Shown: positions 27,101-39,936 of the stretch, one piece after another
How positions within the stretch are numbered: position 1 is the first letter of the stretch
Layout: each line of letters begins with the position of its first letter
From: Phoronis australis
Lineage: Eukaryota; Animalia; Phoronida
Assembly: GCA_002633005.1 (NCBI GenBank)
Contig: NMRA01000435.1
Coordinates: forward strand, 124,001-188,000
Direction of reading: 5' to 3'
Length of the DNA stretch: 64,000 bases
Program-made: the position numbers and the translations under genes
Notes under the pieces: model-generated
Told to the model about the DNA's origin: nothing
Database searches by the model: none
Seen by the model: the letters and a program-made list of their open reading frames with translations, nothing else

Positions 27101-27992
27101 ACATTGGCCGTAGCTCAGACATTCACAGATTGGTCGAGGTAGGTCAGGATAGCCAAGTTTCAGTCTTGTTTGCATTACGGGGTGTGGGGCTCTTTCGTAA
27201 ACATCCAGTTCCCAAAGTGCGTTCAAGGACAGCTATATTTTGGTGCTTGAAGGGGCTAGCTAGTCGCATATTGGCTTAAGTTTTGCTGATTGTTGTAAAT
27301 CAAGGGTATCTCTCTCATAAAGTAGGCCTTTTGAAATTGACCTGCAAGGTCAGTGAAAGTAGTTCTTTTTGAACCCTGCTCTTAGTCATACAACTGTCTC
27401 AGTTGGCCAGCATAAGTAAACACAGCTAAACATAGGGTTTGTGATAGTTGTTTTATTACTCCCTGTGGGTTTTGAGTAGCCTAGCCCCAGAATGTCCCAG
27501 GAAGCTCTTTCAGAAAAAAATTTTGTTGGCCTTGAAACTGTGTATTGCTGACCACATCGCGCTAATTGTATATGTGCTGACAATCCAGTTCATTTTGTTA
27601 GGCCGTTTAGCTACTCAAACAAATCTATTGACAACTTTTCAACATAAAATGTCAGGTTGAAAAATTAATTATATCTTCCCCACATGTCCCAATTAGTGTC
27701 TCGTGGCACGCAAAATGATCCCTAAGGAGCCTTCCATAGAGTTTTTCATTCCATGTTAACAATCCAATACCTCATCCCTTGACAGGACTCTTTTGGAAAC
27801 CCCTTGTGGTGTTTTTCTATGACGTCATGGTGCAGTATTTTTCTATTGTAGGAAATCGAGGACATGTTCCGCCTTCATAAGAAAGATTTGTTTGCGTATG
27901 AATTCGTGGTGCTAGTTGCTTTGGAGTTCTCGCTTCATCTTCTTGATGATGAGGTGTACCCTCACTACCAAAGGCTGACATCACCCTCATGA
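14819..27992 (+). CDS. CABLES: CDK5 and ABL1 enzyme substrate (CABLES1/2-like), complete; 11 exons, about 525 aa
   Basis: Exons 14819-15180, 15833-15960, 16402-16513, 18059-18166, 18913-19033, 20045-20144, 23489-23581, 24735-24832, 25571-25677, 26931-27138, 27852-27992 join in frame (1578 nt). Motifs [81 protein letters not shown] (C-terminal cyclin-like box). Confidence 0.93.
15261..15377. mobile_element. Palindromic MITE with CAC...GTG ends and 4-bp TSD
   Basis: Arms CACTGGTCGGAT...TTTAGAGAACCAG...CACTGAATAAC and GTTATTCAGTG...CTGGTTCTCTAAA...ATCCTACCAGTG; CTGA on both flanks. Confidence 0.75.
15661..15735 (+). mobile_element. tRNA-derived SINE head (Pol III A and B boxes)
   Basis: A box TAGCCGAATGGT 15671-15682, B box GGTTCGATTCC 15714-15724; no intact cloverleaf. 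Confidence 0.5.
15833..15960 (+). CDS. CABLES: CABLES exon 2
   Basis: TTTTACAG acceptor, open frame; donor GTTAAGT chosen for phase compatibility. Confidence 0.7.
16058..16206. mobile_element. MITE (CAGGGGCGGATCCAGG family) with 5-bp TSD
   Basis: Ends CAGGGGCGGATCCAGG / CCTGGATCTGCCTATG; CTGAG on both flanks. Confidence 0.8.
16402..16513 (+). CDS. CABLES: CABLES exon 3
   Basis: [36 protein letters not shown](R); phase-compatible. Confidence 0.72.
16522..16886. mobile_element. MITE with long imperfect TIRs
   Basis: TGGACCCGAGTTTGGCGAATAA is inverted as TTATTCGCCAAACTCGGGTCCA; similarity extends about 100 bp inward (CTTTGACC/GGTCAAAG). Confidence 0.7.
18059..18166 (+). CDS. CABLES: CABLES exon 4
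   Basis: [20 protein letters not shown], a conserved CABLES segment. Confidence 0.85.
18913..19033 (+). CDS. CABLES: CABLES exon 5
   Basis: [40 protein letters not shown]; donor CAG|GTAGG. Confidence 0.8.
19190..19835 (-). mobile_element. Penelope-like element 3' fragment (GIY-YIG endonuclease) in CABLES intron 5
   Basis: [32 protein letters not shown] ... EAVEI ... [12 protein letters not shown], typical PLE endonuclease motifs with in-frame stops. Confidence 0.88.
19523..19798. repeat. Tandem repeat, 4 x 69 bp, inside the Penelope fragment
   Basis: Units start at 19523, 19592, 19661, 19730 and are nearly identical. Confidence 0.97.
20045..20144 (+). CDS. CABLES: CABLES exon 6
   Basis: [11 protein letters not shown]; donor G|GTGAGT. 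Confidence 0.85.
23489..23581 (+). CDS. CABLES: CABLES exon 7
   Basis: [31 protein letters not shown]; symmetric 93-nt exon. Confidence 0.78.
24735..24832 (+). CDS. CABLES: CABLES exon 8
   Basis: [32 protein letters not shown]; donor CTT|GTAAGT. Confidence 0.92.
24830..25113. repeat. Minisatellite, 8 x 35 bp, starting at the CABLES exon 8 donor
   Basis: Unit CTTGTAAGTATGAACACTTGTAATGGTAGATGGTG at 24830, 24865, 24900, 24935, 24970, 25005, 25040, 25075. Confidence 0.97.
25571..25677 (+). CDS. CABLES: CABLES exon 9
   Basis: [35 protein letters not shown]. Confidence 0.95.
26931..27138 (+). CDS. CABLES: CABLES exon 10
   Basis: SLKRDIKK...[37 protein letters not shown]. Confidence 0.95.
27852..27992 (+). 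CDS. CABLES: CABLES exon 11 (stop)
   Basis: [46 protein letters not shown]. Confidence 0.94.
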   Translation, partial: EIEDMFRLHKKDLFAYEFVVLVALEFSLHLLDDEVYPHYQRLTSPS

Positions 27993-28916
27993 CAATGGCA
28001 GGACATGTGACAGACCTCTTCATGTTTAGTAAAGGAAGTGTACTTATGTTGTCATCATGTGTCATCATGTACATGTCATCAAATTTTATTATCGTTGGAA
28101 GAAGTCTGTGTTTACCATTTCAAGTTTAAAATCATTCATTCTTTTTAGAATAGTAGAACACATGTACTGGATAGAAAATTCATTTTATGTTATGTCATTG
28201 TTCTCATACTCGTGTCATCAAATTTCATTATCACTGTTCATTGGAGTATCTGTGACTGCACTCATTTCCTTAAAACAGTGTTTAGGATAGAAATACTTAC
28301 ATTACAATCAAGCACTTGCCCTCGTATTTTATTTTCATCAGGAAACTTATTGTGTCATCACATTGTCATCTACTCCATGTCACCATCAAATTTGATTGGT
28401 ATTGGAAGACAGAGGTCGCTACTTGTCACTAGCAGAACATAGCACAATGTGAAGTATATTTGTCTTATAGTCAACTGCTGTACTCATCTGGGGCTAACTC
28501 CAAAAGTTCAGTTGTGAAATTCACAAATTTTTGCTTTTAATCGCCCTTGAAATTTTTGTTCAACCTCCATACTTGTGGTATTCTCTTTGTTCCACTATCA
28601 CAACTGACGTGGAGTTTTCCTTTTCTTTATTTTTCACATAAACATGCACTTTTATCAGTTATGGAAAACTGGGAAAGAATTGCAATAAATATGTGGTTAT
28701 TATACCCACTTTGCAAGGTATAATTTTATTTTTCCTTTCAGGGTAATCGCTATATCACCGTTATTAAATATGCCCACAAGAAATTATTTTCAGTGCTTCC
28801 AGTTAAAAGCATTAGATAATGTTCATTTGCTACCAAGTAGGTCTCTTTTTAACCTAACACTTTTATGGAGTATTTGTCATATCATGTGAAATGTCATGTT
28901 TGTGCTTTATTTTATA

Positions 28917-28922
28917 AATAAA
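28917..28922 (+). terminator. Candidate CABLES polyadenylation signal
   Basis: AATAAA about 0.9 kb after the stop; another AATAAA at 28684-28689. Confidence 0.4.
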
Positions 28923-31900
28923 ATGATAAAAATTATATTTGTAACACTAAACGTGGATGCTGTGTGAACTGGGCATAGATGAAGTTAACATTATTGTTTT
29001 ATTTTCGTAATTTTTTACTGGTCCTTGTAAGTCAGTCGTCAGACCTGAAATTTTGCCCAGGTGTCATTGAGTATAGCGCCATCTTTGGAAACTATTGTTT
29101 TGACCCATTGCCTCAAGGTTTCACCACCGCTAAATTGATTAGTGTGGCTAACTTTTTGATAGATCTGCAACACAGATTTAACTACCAAGTCGGGGTGCCC
29201 GGTCAGCAGCGCGTGTTACATCTTGCGTGTCCGTAACGCGTTTATTTTTACCGATTCTGCCTCAGTTATTTGACAATATTTTGTTGGGGTTGGTGCTGGT
29301 AGATAGGATGCCAACCCGATCAGAGAGACGCGAAAAAGGGGATCTATTTCAGGTGTTGGGAGTTTCCATGAAAAAGTCACCCTTTCACAGTGATTTTTTG
29401 TACCACTGAGAACCTGAAGACCATCGTTTTGTACTGAGTCTATGATCTAAACCAGAGAGATTTTTGAGCACCTGCAAGCTTGAAACATTACAGAGATGCC
29501 ATTATGTGGTTTCAAAAAATAAGTACGATCTTTTGTTACCAAAAATTGGTGTAATGTGCCTACACGGTTGCGTCTAGTTGCAAAAAGGAAGTGGCCTTTT
29601 ATAGAATATCCGAACTCCCAAAGTATACTTGTTCATACCAGGTGCGCCTGTATCACAATGCGGTGCGAAACTCCGCATGCTGGTAAATGTGCCAGTAAAA
29701 CCGGGGAGCAAAGGCACTTTAGTGAGTTGGATTAAAGTGGCCATAATTATTCGCCTTGTGTCACAAAGATTACTTGCCGTAATGAAATTCCAATCATCCG
29801 AAATTGTTTTCAAACATTAGTCAAAAAGGCGTCATTGTTTTGGAAACTAAAAGTTGACGTTATTGTTTGAGGTCGTACGCTACAACTTGACACAGCGGGG
29901 CATTTAGGTTCCGTCGAAGATATGTAATTATGATTTACACTACTTACCGCTATGAAACTGGTCTCGACTTGTTCCAACTGAGAGTGAAGGGTTTTGGTCG
30001 TTATCTCTCAAGACCATGCTCGGCCAAACCGACACACCGTGTTAAGTCAACTTGCAGAGACTGGTAATTTTTTTAGGCACAGATATCTTGTCTGTTTTGA
30101 CTGTGGATCGTTGAATATGAAACCAATTCAGTTGGATAACAGTAAGTGGTCTAAGATTAAAATGTGACGGAAGGCGGGTCTATAGCCAAGCACAAATAGA
30201 GCGAATTATCAGTTCTTTGCAGGACCAAAAATCACTCGTGACAAACTGCTAGTTGCTTGCAAGACTAAAAATCACTACTCGTGTGATCGAGTAAGGAACA
30301 AGTTACGACCAAATTTCAGCAGTAACTGGTATGAAATCCCAAAGGTTAGTTTCTTCGATGGAGCGCGGGTCGTTATATAGACGCATGATGAGTGCGTCTT
30401 GCTTTAGACCATGCGCATGTGCATGGAACACCTGTGTTCTTAGCTGACACATTCTGTTGAACGCGGCATATACATCACATATGGAACACTTGAGCAAGGT
30501 TTTGGAAAAAAAGCTTTAGAGGCAATTTACCAATTGTGTTTCTGCGCAGGTTAAGTAGTGCAAGTAAATACGAGTCTTCGCTCGAGGGTTTGCAAGGTAA
30601 ACATCAGTGACAAGTTTAACTGGGGCTGCTCCAAGGATCATCGTCATTTAATGATGTGTGTTTGGAGACGATAAGAACACGAGATACCGTAATATTCAGG
30701 CATGGTTTGTTGCCCTTGTTAACCGCCTTTGACCTCGTGGAGTATTTTGAGGTCAAGTGTCGAAAGGTGTGGTTAACATTTTTGGTGTCTTCGCCATTCG
30801 AACTTTTATATTTTGATGCAAAATCGGTGTACTATTCAAAAGCCTGTTTGTGTTTGAACGGTGGAAAATGATTTCACTTGTTGGCCGCATAGTAGTTTTT
30901 TCTTCACAGAATCATATGTGTAAGATTTGATAAGTTGTTTGTTCTTTGGGCTTCATTGTACTACTTTTAAGTGGTCAACTTGTAGCGACACCTACCTTTG
31001 TTTGACCACCTCATATCAGCTTTTATCAGTCGCTTGCATAAGTTTGACCAAGAAAGATAAACTCCACTGAGAGTTGCATGATGAAGGCTGGCCTACTCGC
31101 TCGAAAGTGTACGATTATTGAGCTAACAGGCTGCTAAGTTAAAATATAACTGTGAACCTCCATAACTAATTTTGCTCATCCGATCTATCTTTATTAATCC
31201 GAGATATGTAGAAATGTGGTGAAATGTGCAAGTTGTCCAGACCGTGAAGCGTAATGACAAGCTGTCTGTTTGGCCTCACACCAGCTGATCTGTCGCATTA
31301 GACTTTGGACTTAGGACTTTGAACTTTGTGTGTGAGCCTGCGAAGTTGAATAAGAGAAACGTGTGCTTGGACAGTCACAAAATTGATGTCACCAAGACAG
31401 GGTTAGAATGCATTACCCTCTGCAAAAAAGAAAGCGACACAAAAATGATCGTGGATGTACCGACGGATGTGTCACGACAGTTTCTAGTTCACTGGTAAGT
31501 CTTTATATGTGGTAGTTTGCAGCGGCAGTGTAACTTGAGTCGGCTCAGCACCTGGACGGCTTAGTGCTTCGAACAGTTGTGGCTGAGGTGCCGTTTCGTT
31601 CTCGTCTTTTCATGGATTTTTAATGAAGTTGAAACAGTGAAAAGGCTGTGTTGTTCACGATGGGTCACTGGAGAGAGAGAATAATCGGCTGTTATGCAAC
31701 GGAAGCGAAGTTTTGTACATTTGCATTTTGTCTACTGAAAAAAGAAAGTCGGTGTGACGCAAAAAAATAAAAAGGTGAGACATGGTTCATGGTTAAGTTA
31801 TTAAACGTTCACTTTTTTGACAATGTTTCTACATCAGACACTGTAGTTTGCGTCGTCTCGGTCAGATCACGGCACGTGCGTGTCAGCTAGGATCGTTAGG

Positions 31901-33878
31901 TCCCGTTTTTGTTTATTTTTTTCACTAACGCTGAAATTCGTGGTTAACCTGATGCCATTCGCAATGAGAGCTGTAAGGTTCACTGAATCAAAGCGTTGCT
32001 GGTTACCTTTATTAAGTTTTAGAAGTAAAAAACATAAGGTTGAGACTTTTGAGAGGACTAAACGCAACAAGTTGATTAGACTCGTCTTGAAATTGTTTCC
32101 CTACGTACGCGCTACCTTCATTACCTTCAAATATAATACTGGCATATCATCAGAGTGCACTGCATGATAATGTGTATTAGAATGTGTTCCCGGTTGATAA
32201 GTTTACAGTTAGCAGCTTCTGTTTCATGACTGAGTTGCCGTTCGTCTGCTACTTTCTCTTCCACAATACGTATGATGTCGCCACTGCATATTCAAAATCC
32301 CAATGCATATTCAAAATCTCAACGGCCAGCATCTCAGCCATATGATCAGACTTGGTTATGGAAATACCTTCTGCGCCTGATTGGCCGCTGTCTTGTCGTC
32401 ATTAAAACAAAGGCAGACTTTAATTATTTTCACAGGCCTTGTTGCTGCCATTCATGAAGCAGAAGGCTTTGTTTTGGTTATTGTTTGAAATAAAGGTTGT
32501 TGGCATACTTATTTTCAATTCTTTTTTATTTATAGTATCATAGAAATCAATCAGTTTTTTAATCAAAATACATCTTTTTGCAATAATTAAGACCTAAATT
32601 GCTGCAATATACCGTTAGTTTTCATTTTTGTATTATACTGCAGATAATTTCAAAGTTGATATAACTTTACATTACTCGTGATGTATCGGCAATTTCCGTA
32701 AAAATGTGTCAAATGTGACACATTTCATTTTCCATAACCAAGCCTCAGGTGATTAAACCGATCAGCGCCATGCCCAGCGTCTGAACAATCTCGGTCCGAG
32801 GAGCAGCCTACAGTTGGGCGTCACCTCAGTGATGATCAATTGAACGACACGTTTTGTAAACCATCAGTCGCCTCGATAAGCCGGCGAGAAGTGGTAACTC
32901 GGGCGTTATGTTGCTGACGCCACCAGTTTTTCTTCACAGGTATTTCCACATGTGACGAAAAGATCCTGATGACGTTATCTTATAATATCATTCATCAATT
33001 TATCATGTTCATTACGCCAAATATCAGATGTCATTTCGTGTTTGATTTTACTTTATCGGTATTTCTGTTTCTATTGACAAAGGATGTGATTATATCCGAA
33101 AATTTCAGTTGATCCCTTATTGGTGTTTTATTTACCTATTTACATATTCTACATTTCGTCAAACAATAGTGTCCTTTAGAGGATGTGGATCGACTCTTAG
33201 ATTTATTTTCTACGTTATTCATCAAAAGAAATGCTTCATTTCTTTCGTTTCGCTCATTCGAAGATTACCGACAGAACTATTTTTGAGCGGACTCACGAAA
33301 AGTTGATTTCCACAACTTTTTGCCAGTGTTTTGGAGAGCCTCTCTTGGAGAGTCAGTATCGCGTCACTTGGTGACAACATGTCGCATTCAGTAGGCTCAC
33401 TGTCATACTGTCACTAAGACACGAGTTGGGTTCAATGTCAAACAATGTGGCTAAAACTCAATATTACCATTTTTTTAATTCTGACATCCAATTATTTTCA
33501 GTTGTTAGTAATGACTGAAATTTATATTAAAATCGGTTTTCAACCCGCGTTCCGACCACTTACTGTTTGACAAGATTGATTTCAACTTGTTCCTATTGTT
33601 GTCTGTTGGGAAGTGACTCACTTGTGTTTCCAAAGGACTGGCAGCTCGTTAAGGCCATGCTCGGTGTTAAGCATGACACGTCGTGACAAGCAACTTGTTG
33701 AACCTGGTCGCAAGCCTTAAGCACTCGAAGTCCTGAAATCACCTCGTCAAGAACAGTTTTGAGACCAACTGATGTATGTTAACGGTTGTTTCAATTGAAA
33801 TTTGTTGTTTGAAGTGGAAGGAAGGTTTATAGTCGCTTTAAGAATGGCTTTGAAAATACGCCGATTGACAAGAGTTTG

Positions 33879-34158
33879 CAGTGACGGATCTAGGATATCA
33901 CAAGGGGGGCCTAAAATTTTGTTACGGGAACCGCGCAAAGCACACGATTGCATGGGCGCAGCCAGCCTAAAATATAGGGAGGCTGGGATGTGGACGACTA
34001 GAAAAAAGGGAAACCGGTCGCTCAACAACGCGCATTGTTAACTTTGCTTTCAGCCGCATGTTACTATGGTTTGTTAATAAACTCAATATTTCATCACGCT
34101 CTTGCTGTTTTATTTTTTCCGGCAGCCGGGGGGAGGGCGCAAAAAAAATCCGCCTATG
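33879..34158. mobile_element. MITE of the GGCGGATC-terminal family
   Basis: Ends CAGTGACGGATCTAGG / AAATCCGCCTATG; no TSD recognised. Confidence 0.6.
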
Positions 34159-34397
34159 TAATATGTGGATCCAGCCAAATGGTCATGAGGTTCCGCCTGA
34201 ATGCCTATGAAGTCCAGTTCTTGTCAATAGATAGCAGCACCTGCATTGATCGAACGTTTCACTGCATCCGGCCGCAAGAGATGTTTACCCCGAATACCAG
34301 AATAATCTAACATAGTAATCGAGGTTGTGCCGTGTAATTGAATAGCGTGTGTAAAATGAATTTATGACCCTATAACCGGTTTTCATTGACAATTGTC

Positions 34398-37300
34398 GCC
34401 ACTTTGTAGCGCTTTGGCAATGCGTTGCCATTTTTTAAAAGAAAAATGGACTTTGCGTGAGAGGGCTTTACAACCCATCACCACTTGGCTTGTCAATGGG
34501 AGTACCATGTTATTTTAATCAATTAAAATCTATTTTCCAGTTGAATTACCATAGAGGAAATATTCCCTCCTGTTTTGAATGATACACAACAGAAGTTCCC
34601 AGTGTATCTTTTCGCTCAAAATTAACTTCTAGCTCTTTCGCGACTTATGCTCGTACCCCCCCTCCGCTCACCGTGGTGGATGTTGGACGTTCTATACCAT
34701 CGGACCCCCCCCTCCGCTCACCCTGGTGGATGTTAGGCGTACTATACCATCGGGTGGCTGACATAGCAATTGTAATCGATAAATCATACTTTTTGATTTC
34801 AAAGAACTAAAAGAGCCTATTGTCAAATATTTATAGAATATCGGGTTTATTTCAGTGTAAAAGGATTAGTACTGCGATAAATTTTGTAGAGGTTTTATTT
34901 GAATCGAGAAATAACATATGCGCATCTGTTTATGATAGACAGATGTGGCGAAAAGGTAAAATGGTATAAACAAAATTTCATTGTCATCTTTTGTGTTTCT
35001 ACAAAGTTTGTGGTGCGTGGGTGTCCGGGGCAGAGGTTTGGAGGTACGCCCATGAAATCCGGGTTCCAGCTTTTAGTTTTCTCTCATAAATTTGACCACA
35101 TTTTTAGAGAATATGCCTGCATCGACTATTTATGGTAATAGCAGTACATTAATAGTCAAAGTATATGCAGATATGTTAATTTTCACACTACGTTGCGTAC
35201 ACTCCGAAGTTGGGCACGTGCCAAGTTTTCAGCGTTATGAATAATTTTCGTGTTATGTTTTTGTCAATATCATTTAATTTATTACGCTGTTTCTTGATCA
35301 ATGCGCATCGTGCTCGCGCGTTTTCTGGTGTAAATGGATTTGTAACATGACGTGACGGATTAATTTATTGTTTGGCGGAAATTTACTTCTTCCGTTGCAG
35401 ACTTCATTTAATCTGTAGATAGGAGTGCACGGGCGTCCCTTTATTTGGTAGCACTGCGCTTATTGTCTTGGTCCCTGGACCCGTCCTGCCGTCGTAGAGT
35501 TACGTATGGGTGCTCGCCGACAACTGAGGAATTGTAATGTTATGCTGTGCACTAAGTCCACGGCATATATGAGACTACGGCAACTGCGTACGTCTGGTTC
35601 CAGATTTTTTGAGTGAACGGGGACTTGGGAGATAAGTTCTTTTGTCCTCTAGTGGTTGACTTCTTCTTGAAATCCGTGCCTACCATTAAATTACTATTTC
35701 CCATGCCTTGCTACGGGGGTGTAGTGGAGGGGGTCGCAAGGAGACAGTTCCCCTACGATTTTTCTGCAAGGAGAGGCGCGCCCTAAGTAAAAGGATGTTT
35801 TCACCCTTATTATGTCCTATTATGTTCATGACTAACCTTATTCAGTGGCGGATCTAGGATATCACAAGGGGGGGGCCAACTTTTTGTCCGGCTGTAAGCA
35901 TATGCGCAAACTGAACCACGATTGTAGATGCGCATAGCACCGAATGGCGGGAGGTNGCCAGTTTGTAGCGCTTTGGCAATACGTTGCCATTCTTTTAAAA
36001 GAAAAATGGGCTTTGCGTGAGAGGGCTTTACAACCCTTCACCACATGGCTTGTCAACGCGGGAGTACCATGTGATTTTAATCAATTAAAATCTATTTTCC
36101 AGTTGAATTACGGTAGACGAAATATTCCCTCCTGTTTTGAATGATACACAAGAGAAGTTCCCAGTGTATCTTTTCGCTCAAAATTAACTTCTACCTCGTT
36201 CGCGACTTATGCCCGTACCTTCCCCCCTCCGCTCACCGTGGTGGATGTTAGACGTTCTATACCATCGGACTCCACTCCGCTCACCCTGGTGGATGTTAGG
36301 CGTACTATACCATCGGGTGGCTGACATAGCAATTGTAATCGATAAATCATACTTTTTGATTTCAAAGAACTAAAAGAGTGAAATAAGCCTATTGTCAAAT
36401 ATTTATAGAATATCGGGTTTATTTCAGTGTAAAAGGATTAGTACTGCGATAAAGTTTGTAGAGGTTTTATTTGAATCGAGAAATAACATATACACATCTG
36501 TTTATGATAGACAGATGTGGCGAAAAGGTAAAATGATGTAAACAAAATTTCATTGTCATCTTTTGTGTTTCTACAAAGTTTGTGGTGCGTGGGTGTCCGG
36601 CCGGGGCAGAGGTTTGGAGGTACGCCCATGAAATCCGGGTTCCGGGTTTTAGTTTTCTCTCATAAATTTGACCACATTTTTAGAGAATATGCCTGCATCG
36701 ACTATTTATGGTAATAGCAGTACATTAATAGTCAAAGTATATGCAGATATGTTAATTTTCACACTACGTAGCGTACACTCCGAAGTTGGGCACGTGCCAA
36801 CTTTTCAGCGTTATGAATAATTTTCGTGATTATGTTTTTGTCAATATCATTCAATTTATTACGCTGTTTCTTGATCAATGCACATCGTGCTCGCGCGTTT
36901 TCTGGTGTAAATGGATTTGTAACATGACGTGACGGATTAATTTATTGTTTGGCGGAAATTTACTTCTTCCGTAGCTGACTTCATTTAATCTGTAGATAGG
37001 AGTGCACGGGCGTCCTTTTATTTGATAGCACTGCGCTTATTGTCTTGGTCCCTGGACCCGTCCTGCCGTCCTAGAGTTACGTATGGGTGCTCGCCGACAA
37101 CTGAGGAATTGTAATGTTATGCTGTGCACTAAGTCCACGGCATATATGAGACTACGGCAACTGCTTACGTCTGGTTCCAGATTTTTTGAGTGAACGGGGA
37201 CTTGGGAGATAAGTGCTTTTGTCCTCTAGTGGTTGACTTCTTCTTGAAATCCGTGCCTACCTTTAAATTACTATTTCCCATGCCTTGCTACGGGGGTGTA

Positions 37301-37419
37301 GTGGACGGGGTCGCAAGGAGACAGTTCCCCTACGATTTTAGTGCAAGGAGAAGCGCGCCCTAAGTAAAAGGATGTTTTCACCCTTATTATGTCCTATTAT
37401 GATCATGACTAACCTTATT
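34398..37419. repeat. About 1.45-kb direct duplication (34398-35842 vs 35957-37419) separated by a MITE end and an N
   Basis: Near-identical colinear copies with scattered SNPs and small indels; N at 35956. Confidence 0.95.
35843..35955. mobile_element. Left end of a GGCGGATC-family MITE, truncated at the N
   Basis: CAGTGGCGGATCTAGGATATCACAAGGGGGG, same terminus as the element at 33879. Confidence 0.7.
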
Positions 37420-39926
37420 GGCATGTCTACATTTAGCAGAATATCTATTATTTTTTGAGGTAGAGAGCCTTTGGAAGTTATTTATTACTTTGATACCAGT
37501 GACATTGTATCATTGATTGCATAACATTACCATATCTAATTTTAGTAAAATTAAGCAAAACCGAACGGTCTAAATTCATAACAAAACCGCGGTATCAATA
37601 CGGTGTCAACAACATAATTTTTTTTCTGTTACAATTTTCTGATTGTTGTTTCGTCTCCCTTTAATGCGTTTATCGAATTTTCACAAAAATCCAAATTGCC
37701 AATTTTTGAACGGACCTTTTAAAGAATTGGAACATTTTAAAACCACTTCCTAGATGGTTTTTGAGAACATTGCATCAGGAAATTCTGAGACATTTTGTTC
37801 CCAATAAGTCACGTTTTTACCTTCTTCTAGCCAGGAAACTTATTTTCCCGTAATGCTTCTTTTCTTGAATAATAAAGAATATTATCAATGTTTTTTGTTT
37901 TATCTGGGACCATATATGTTATTACTGTCTTGATATGACCAGCTATCATCCTAGTTCTAGTGACATGACGTCATGAATGGTAGCTTGCCAAGTGCCCAAC
38001 CAACTGTTATAGTAAGCAATCGAATAGTTTGCATTCCTATGGGAAAGGATTTGTGTTGTGGTAAGTTATGGCACCATTTCTATGGCGCTATATTACCATG
38101 GCAACGCGTGTAAATAACAGATGACGTGCTCGTATGATTCACTTAATCTGGTTACAGGCTTGGTGTGTATTGAAGGTACATCACCGAATAATACCATCCG
38201 GGTACTGCTGCGTGCCCAAAATGAGAACCACTTTCATTATTACAGCGCATGTTAGGCTAACCATGAACACGGCGATTTTATTTTTTCGTCATTGTTATAT
38301 ACAAGCTGGGTTATATTCTTTTCTGTATGGACGTTTTGAACTGAATTCGGTTGCCATACAAAAAATGATGACGCTACGTATGTATTTAACTGAATATCGT
38401 GCTCCCGTGGCCAATATTAAGTCAAGATTCTGTTTCTAGTCCTGATACACCACAGTCAACTATTGTAACCTTAGACAGCAGTCATTATTTCGTGCCTTGT
38501 ATAAATCACCCATAAAACGGTGGTAAAACGCAGGACTGCAACTGAAGTTGTGAAACGTTTCTTTTTAGTGGTAGCAATTTGATTTATGAATGGTGAAAAG
38601 GGAACGGTGATCTATCGACGTCATTGTAGTTATTTACGAACCTTTATATCATCCGTCATTGATTTCTATCTTTTTCGTAGTTTGCAAAAAGCGCAGGCCT
38701 ATCTATATTGTTGTGAAATCGCAGGTTGACGCCCGGCGTAGGAATATTCTGAAAACGGTGGTATAATTGCTTTCGCAAATTCCGATTATATCTTATTGTC
38801 GCCCCTTGGCCATAATTTTTCCACGTAGAAATATTGAATCCTATTGGATTCTTAAAAATTAGTCATTTTGTTCTTTTGTCACGGGCGTCGTGTAGTAAGC
38901 GGCATTTGTTTAAGTAAGTGATTCGGCATACTGATGAATAAGTATTTTGTAAGGCACGTAACCTGTTTGTACAAACACTAGTCTGTGCGTCTGCGAAATT
39001 CCTTTTTAGAATTTGCTGTGAAACAAAACAAAGATTCGCCTCTGTCTTGAAAACCAATTGTCTCATTATTTCTTGCCATTTCCCCCGAAAGCTGAATAGA
39101 CAACATGACCAATGATTAAAAATTATCCGAATTCATAGTATGGCATGCTGCAACACACATGGTAGGCCTTCGGCAGAGAAGCATTAAAACAAAAGGCAAA
39201 TTAAGTTTGACATAACATACGTTCAGGTTATATTTGTATTTTATCTGGGGCTCCCCTCGATCTTTGATTCTAGTTTGAATGAGAAGCTGGGACCGACTCA
39301 GAATTGATATTAATACTCGTGGAGAATCAATCCCTGTTATGTAACAATGCTGAATTATGAGTTGTAAAGTTCATCTTTTTGTTTTGTTTGGAGTGCCGTT
39401 ACCTGTGGGCGTCACCTCACCTCGTTTCAGTTATTGGATAGTGCTCATTCAAAATGCGTGACGTCATGTTATGGCCTTGGTGACCTCGCGAGCCCGCCAT
39501 TATGCCGACAAATAGTTCTTATCTATTTGTCTGTATTACCCATTAATAGATATCAGTAGACATATCTTAATCATGTTATCTCGTTATCCTTAGTGCTGTT
39601 TCAACTTTTAATGTCCACTATCTCAGCTGTCAAAGTAAATCCGCTTTTAGGCATGCGATGATGAATACTATCACCTCATGGCGATTTGGTTTTTGAATAA
39701 ATTACTACGCTATTTCATGAATGGGAATTTTTGATAAATGATTTTGTGCGATTAACGGAAACTCCAGCTCGTCAAATGATTCTGGAAGATTTTTTTTCTT
39801 TTTTCAAACATGTTATGCTTTCGCAAGAAATTGAACAAAAGTAATGACTATTCAAAATTAAACCTCGAAGATATTCGGCCAAGCTCATTCGACAATAGTT
39901 CTGCTCATGCGTACTCGAATGTAGTA

Positions 39927-39936
39927 GTGGCGTGAT
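39927..39936 (-). promoter_or_regulatory. Sterol regulatory element (ATCACGCCAC) about 370 bp upstream of the lipoprotein receptor ATG
   Basis: GTGGCGTGAT on +, an exact match to the RTCACSCCAY SREBP consensus. Confidence 0.55.

Noticed and set aside
33445-33570. Hydrophobic ORF MWLKLNITIFLILT as the receptor signal peptide
   Set aside because: It has no phase-1 donor; the exon at 40309-40384 fits much better.
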